Below are positions 45,895-50,184 of a DNA stretch of 50,184 nt, piece by piece. The notes below the pieces were generated by a model. The model had not been told where the DNA came from and made no database searches. It saw only the letters and a list, made by a program, of their open reading frames with translations. The stretch comes from Candidatus Nomurabacteria bacterium. Its GTDB lineage: Bacteria; Patescibacteriota; Minisyncoccia; Phycocordibacterales; UBA918. The stretch is from the NCBI GenBank assembly GCA_020632035.1, contig JACKGG010000006.1:1-50184 (forward strand). The letters are read 5' to 3'. Both the position numbers and the translations under genes were made by a program. Each line of letters opens with the position of its first letter. Position 1 is the stretch's first letter.

Positions 45895-46887
45895 CTATTG
45901 ACTGGTTAGGCTTTTCTGGACTGCGTCGACTAGAGTCAATACGTCACTGAAACGCTCATCATAGGTAGATCCTAGTACAGTTATTATAATTGGTCGATCT
46001 AGCCCAGCGTCAAAAGCGATGGTGAGGTTACCTCCAGCCAAATCAGTGTAGCCAGTCTTAGAACCAATCATATTAGGGATTTTCAAAACTACTTCGTTCG
46101 TGTTGTTGGCTTCGTGATAGGCTCCGGCCGTGTTGTATATTCTCGCAGCAGATTGTTGAGTAGGAGTAATTACGGTTGGATAGTTGGTAATGATGTACTC
46201 CATTAAGAAAGAAACGTCTCTTGCACTACCAACTGCTCCTGGCTCGGTAGAGGATACATCTAACCCGGTTGGATTCTTAAACCTTAATGTATTCAAACCG
46301 AGCTCTCCAGCTCTTATATTCATACCTTCAACAAATTGCGAAGCTGGATCTTGTTTGCCAAGTAAGGATCCTACGCTGGCAGCGAGCGAGTAAGCTGCAT
46401 CATTTGAGGAAGATATTAATGCCAGCTGGGTTAATTCTTCAGTTGTTAATTCTTCGCCTTCTGACAGACCACTGCTTCCCTCTTGTAGTATTGCCGACAA
46501 TGGAACTGAAACTTTATTATCTTCAGAAACTAACTCATAGGTTAAAAGTGTAGTCATTAGTTTTGTGATTGAGGCCAACGGTAGGGCCTGGTCGGCATTC
46601 TTTGAATAAAGAGCTCGTTGACCTTTAACGTCCCAGACATAAGCTCCCTTTGCTCTCAGGCTCACCTCTTCGATTTTTTGTGGCGTGATTGGATATTTGT
46701 TTGTATCTGTGACCAAGTCTGGTTCTGGCGCTGGTAATGGGACCAGGGTTTTAGAAGTATGAACTAGCCATGATCCAAATATCAGAACCATAAAAACACC
46801 GAGTATGCCTAACTGTGCTACGATCGGAAAACGATTCTTTGGAGTTGGTTCGCCTTCTTCAATTATGTTTGGGTAAAAATCATTCAT
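45895..46887 (-). CDS. D-alanyl-D-alanine carboxypeptidase (S11 family)
   Basis: N-terminal TM. SxxK (ASITK), SxN (SSN) and KTG motifs. Confidence 0.92.
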   Translation of the reverse strand: MNDFYPNIIEEGEPTPKNRFPIVAQLGILGVFMVLIFGSWLVHTSKTLVPLPAPEPDLVTDTNKYPITPQKIEEVSLRAKGAYVWDVKGQRALYSKNADQALPLASITKLMTTLLTYELVSEDNKVSVPLSAILQEGSSGLSEGEELTTEELTQLALISSSNDAAYSLAASVGSLLGKQDPASQFVEGMNIRAGELGLNTLRFKNPTGLDVSSTEPGAVGSARDVSFLMEYIITNYPTVITPTQQSAARIYNTAGAYHEANNTNEVVLKIPNMIGSKTGYTDLAGGNLTIAFDAGLDRPIIITVLGSTYDERFSDVLTLVDAVQKSLTSQ

Positions 46888-47407
46888 GTTTAACAGAATC
46901 AAAGGCGTCAATTGCATTCATGAACTCAGAAAATTGTGGCAGTTCTCGCTTATTCTCAACCCCTAGGTGCTGAAGCAGTTGTGGACTGATCCGAAATTGG
47001 TAACCTTGACCAGTGATCGATTCTCTTAGTATCAAACCTCTAATAAGAAGATTCCTTAAAATAAAAGAAGAGTTGACTCCTCGGATGCGGTCGATCTCAG
47101 CTCGTGAGATAGGTTCTCGATATAAAATGATAGAAAGAGTTTCAGCACCAGCTTTTCCAATGTCATTGGCGAGCTCTTGTTTTCGTTGTGATTCAACAAA
47201 CTCAGATAATTCTGGAGCAGTGACGAGCTGAATGTCGGTCTCGGTCTCTGTTAGTCTGGTCGCTCCTTGCTTAAGTCTTTCTTTTAGTTTTTCAATGGCT
47301 ACAGTGAGATCTTCCTCGGTAACAGAAAACAACTTACATATTTTTAGCTTACTCTGAGGTGCTGCTTTATAGAAAAGCAGCACCTCTATGTATACATCGA
47401 GGTTCAT
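46880..47407 (-). CDS. scpB: SMC-Scp complex subunit ScpB
   Basis: ETLSIILYREPISRAEIDRIRGVNS. Confidence 0.95.
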   Translation of the reverse strand: MNLDVYIEVLLFYKAAPQSKLKICKLFSVTEEDLTVAIEKLKERLKQGATRLTETETDIQLVTAPELSEFVESQRKQELANDIGKAGAETLSIILYREPISRAEIDRIRGVNSSFILRNLLIRGLILRESITGQGYQFRISPQLLQHLGVENKRELPQFSEFMNAIDAFDSVKHE

Positions 47408-47461
47408 AGGTATATTCTAACACGAATACCTTTATATTTTCAGGCTAGTTCTACCCATTTC

Positions 47462-48193
47462 CTAGTAATACTTTGGCGTAGAGGGTCTTTCTAGCTCGAG
47501 GTGAATGTCTTCGTAGCGTCCGATTTGAGTTATAATTATGTCGCCTTGCTTAAAAAGCTCCAAAATAGCCAAAAAACCGACAATGACGTTTTTGCGGTCT
47601 TTTTCATGTCGATGTAACTCAGAAAACTTTGTCTTCATTTGCATTTCTATTCGATTACGAAGCTTAGCCATCATATCTTCAAGAGAAATCGTTGGGCGGA
47701 CTTTGGCAGTTGGTTTTACTTCAAATTTAGGTAGATTGTTTAGAATTCTATTCATCGCTTCCTGCATTTCGTTTAGGTTGCAATACTTATCAATTACAAA
47801 AAATGGTTCTCGTGGTGGAGCATACTCTGGTTCATACATGATTCTTTCTCCAAAATAAGACTGAATTCCCATAGAAATATCACGATAAAGTTGGTAATGC
47901 TTTAGTCTAGCTTCTAGATCTTCGATGCTAGCCTCTTCTTCGGTGGTGAGATCAAGTACTGGTAAAAGAGATTTTGATTTAATGAGAAGCAGAGTAGCGG
48001 CTAGAGAAATAAACTGCGCAGTATTAGGAAGCGAAAGCTCTTGCATGGCACTAACCATTTGCATGTATTCATCGGTTACTTCAGCCAAAGAAATATCATT
48101 GATTAGAAGCTTACGTTTTTCAACGAGTTCTATCAGAAGTTCCATTGGTCCTTCAAAGGTTTCGGTTTTGATAGCGAAGGCAGTTGGATTCAC
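47462..48193 (-). CDS. scpA: Segregation/condensation protein ScpA
   Basis: FEGPMELLIELV, KSKSLLP and FLAILEL motifs. GTG start. Confidence 0.95.
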   Translation of the reverse strand: MNPTAFAIKTETFEGPMELLIELVEKRKLLINDISLAEVTDEYMQMVSAMQELSLPNTAQFISLAATLLLIKSKSLLPVLDLTTEEEASIEDLEARLKHYQLYRDISMGIQSYFGERIMYEPEYAPPREPFFVIDKYCNLNEMQEAMNRILNNLPKFEVKPTAKVRPTISLEDMMAKLRNRIEMQMKTKFSELHRHEKDRKNVIVGFLAILELFKQGDIIITQIGRYEDIHLELERPSTPKYY

Positions 48194-48205
48194 AATGATA
48201 TTTTA

Positions 48206-48841
48206 TCACGACTCCGTATAGTAAAATCCTTCTTTTTCATAGTGGTCACCCATTACCTGACTGACTCTTTGTAATATTGGAAACCCTTCAAGGTATTTCT
48301 CTTTGGTATCCATGTGCATTTGTCTGGTTGCTTTAACTGATTTTAGCCAAGCTGAACCATTATCGTCATACATATGAAAGACAGGTTCAAGTTTGTCTAG
48401 CGCTTTTACAAACCGCGCTTCATACGACTCTTGCTCCCCATATTCACTAAGTAGTTTGGATACATTACTTTGGATATGTTCAGGAAGTTTTTTAATGACA
48501 GTTTCCAGTGCAAGTTTTTCGTTATCCCTATCTTCTTGAGTTTTTTTAAAAGAAATTTTGTCTCCTGTCTCAATTTCATCGATGTCATGATATTGCGCCA
48601 TCAGGTGTATTCGGTGGGCGTTCCAGTTTCCTTCTGGGTTTTCTAGGGGTAAAAAATAATCTATCAGGCAATGAAGCGCGTAAATATGTTCTGCCACAGA
48701 CTCAGTGTGTGATTCGTGTACTCGCTTGTGATCGTAACGAATTTCTTTCTTCAGATTATATAAAACCCGCATTTTATTAACCTCATCTAGAACAAACTCA
48801 TCAGAAGACATGATTTTCTCTATCGTTTCAGAAATTTTCAT
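48206..48841 (-). CDS. HD-domain phosphohydrolase (YfbR/HD_3-like)
   Basis: ESVAEH, YHDIDEIETGD and FVKALDKLE motifs. Confidence 0.88.
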   Translation of the reverse strand: MKISETIEKIMSSDEFVLDEVNKMRVLYNLKKEIRYDHKRVHESHTESVAEHIYALHCLIDYFLPLENPEGNWNAHRIHLMAQYHDIDEIETGDKISFKKTQEDRDNEKLALETVIKKLPEHIQSNVSKLLSEYGEQESYEARFVKALDKLEPVFHMYDDNGSAWLKSVKATRQMHMDTKEKYLEGFPILQRVSQVMGDHYEKEGFYYTES

Positions 48842-48916
48842 AGTTTAATATTAACATGTCGTATTGACAGGAGTTCTTTTGTTGATATTTTGAAGTAGGT
48901 AAAGGAGGGTCTTTGA

Positions 48917-49105
48917 ATGGAATTATTTTGCAACATAGTTTTTGTGGTTTGGCTTCTCTATTTGGCTCACTGTGTCGATAAAAGAGTTTGTGACGATATT
49001 ATCGACTGTATTGGAGACACTATCTCGCCTTCACAACTGTACTCCAGAAACAAGTTCTTTTTCGTCTCGTTACCGTTATTGGTACTAGTCGCTATCATTT
49101 ATTGA
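48917..49105 (+). CDS. Small hypothetical two-TM membrane protein (62 aa)
   Basis: AAGGAGG 8 nt before ATG, TTGACA-16-TATTTT promoter, terminator at 49109-49137. Confidence 0.62.
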   Translation: MELFCNIVFVVWLLYLAHCVDKRVCDDIIDCIGDTISPSQLYSRNKFFFVSLPLLVLVAIIY

Positions 49106-49108
49106 TTA

Positions 49109-49137
49109 AAGCCGGAATCGCTTTGCGATTCCGGCTT
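49109..49137. terminator. Bidirectional terminator
   Basis: aagccggaatcgc-ttt-gcgattccggctt perfect 13-bp stem. Confidence 0.8.
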
Positions 49138-49238
49138 ATCTTTATTCTAGGTAAACGGTCTTGTACTCGTCCAAAACGACTTGGTTAACTTTGTTGCTTA
49201 CCATGTTCTTCTTTGTAAGGTTGCGCTGTAAGCTGATA

Positions 49239-50184
49239 TTAATACTCCTCTACGAATTTAACTAAAAGCCTCACCGGTTCTCCTGTCGCTCCTTTGGCTA
49301 GTTTGTCACTTGGGATACTGTCCATGCGTGGCGCAATATCTATGTGTGCCCAAGGAATTTTCTTTGGTGCAAAGAATGAAAGAAAGGTTCCACCTTCAAT
49401 ACATCCTCCCCATCTAGCAAAGTTAGTAGCAATGTTAGAAACATCGGCTCGATAACTCTTTAGTGATGCTTTGTATTCATCCCAGAGTGGAAGAGGCCAC
49501 ATCAAATCACCAGTATCCTCTCCTAGTTCAACTAATTTATCTTGCAGAGCTTTGTCTTTGGTCATGACAGCTGAAGAATGTTGTCCTAGTGCTACTAGTG
49601 ACGCTCCAGTTAATGTTGCCGTGTCCAACATTACTTTTGGACTATAGAATTTTTCAGCGTAAGTCATCCCATCGGCCAGCACTAGTCGTCCCTCGGCGTC
49701 CGTGTGTAGAATCTCGACGGTCTTTCCTGACATCGATGTAGCGATATCTCCAGCTCGCATGCTGTCTGCGGATACAGAGTTCTCAGCGGCTGGTATGACT
49801 GCTACTACATTCTTCTTTAATCCCATTTTTGCAATCGCTCGCATCGCTCCAATCATGGCGGCTCCACCAGACATGTCCATGTGCATTTCGTGCATGGCTC
49901 CAGATGGCTTAACATTAAGCCCCCCTGTGTCGTAGGTGATTCCTTTACCAATCAGTGCAACTGGTGCTTTCTTCTTGTCGTTTTTCGTAGGCTTTCCTGC
50001 TCCCCAGTATTCAATTATTATGAGCTTTGGGCCATCGGTTGCACCCTTCCCTACAGCCTCTAAAAGACCCATCTTAAGCTTTTTAATGGCTTTTTGGTCC
50101 AATATCTTAACCTGAGCTTTTGTACCCTTTAGAGCCGATTGTGCCGACTTTGCTAAAAGACTTGGAGTCATGTCGTCACCTGAA
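49239..50184 (-). CDS. pepA: Leucyl aminopeptidase (M17 family), 5' end outside the window
   Basis: GKGITYD, MHMDMSG, TDAEGRLVLAD and DTATLTGA motifs. Frame stays open to the window edge. Confidence 0.93.
   Translation of the reverse strand, partial: SGDDMTPSLLAKSAQSALKGTKAQVKILDQKAIKKLKMGLLEAVGKGATDGPKLIIIEYWGAGKPTKNDKKKAPVALIGKGITYDTGGLNVKPSGAMHEMHMDMSGGAAMIGAMRAIAKMGLKKNVVAVIPAAENSVSADSMRAGDIATSMSGKTVEILHTDAEGRLVLADGMTYAEKFYSPKVMLDTATLTGASLVALGQHSSAVMTKDKALQDKLVELGEDTGDLMWPLPLWDEYKASLKSYRADVSNIATNFARWGGCIEGGTFLSFFAPKKIPWAHIDIAPRMDSIPSDKLAKGATGEPVRLLVKFVEEY

Noticed and set aside
49142-49204. 20-aa ORF MVSNKVNQVVLDEYKTVYLE on the minus strand after pepA
   Set aside because: No SD or convincing -10 box, and short enough to arise by chance.
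13962-50063. Numerous 60-146 aa ORFs nested in or antisense to well-supported genes (e.g. 13962-14342, 15835-16267, 33791-34177, 34759-35199, 47538-47858)
   Set aside because: Shadow ORFs with no initiation signals or recognisable motifs.
1-50184. CRISPR array, tRNA or rRNA genes, integron attC array, alternative genetic code
   Set aside because: No regularly spaced direct repeats, cloverleaf/T-loop signatures or shared attC core sites were seen. TGA acts as a stop (e.g. 24607, 37341) and long ORFs read normally in code 11.

Overview
A 50 kb chromosomal segment from a small-genome bacterium using standard code 11. The gene repertoire, PUA-less TruB, leaderless genes and typical surface-protein architectures suggest Patescibacteria/CPR, probably Parcubacteria (inference). 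Housekeeping genes include pif1-like helicase, truB, rmuC, rplU, recR, dnaB, cysS, rplI, rpmA, murI, a Xer-like recombinase, gltX, murG-ftsW-mraY, scpAB and pepA. Carbon and redox genes include pgi, a ROK kinase, zwf-gnd-pgl and msrAB. There is one intact IS481-family element with TIRs and a 5-bp target duplication, and an AT-rich block (about 25.6-33.6 kb) with two giant surface proteins and a lytic-transglycosylase-like gene. Several signals are not explained by the ORF track: (i) housekeeping genes look leaderless, while about ten orphan genes are stand-alone promoter + Shine-Dalgarno + terminator cassettes; (ii) a gene-free, promoter- and terminator-bounded candidate ncRNA of about 136 nt lies between rplU and recR; (iii) an unannotated 38-aa Lys/Arg-rich peptide gene; (iv) a structured 5' leader before the transglycosylase-like gene; (v) a 130-nt nested palindrome after the helicase; (vi) a triple-frameshifted gene; (vii) an exonuclease-LOG-PGI-NUDIX-ROK operon. 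No tRNA, rRNA or CRISPR array was seen. All family calls come from motif recognition, not database searches.
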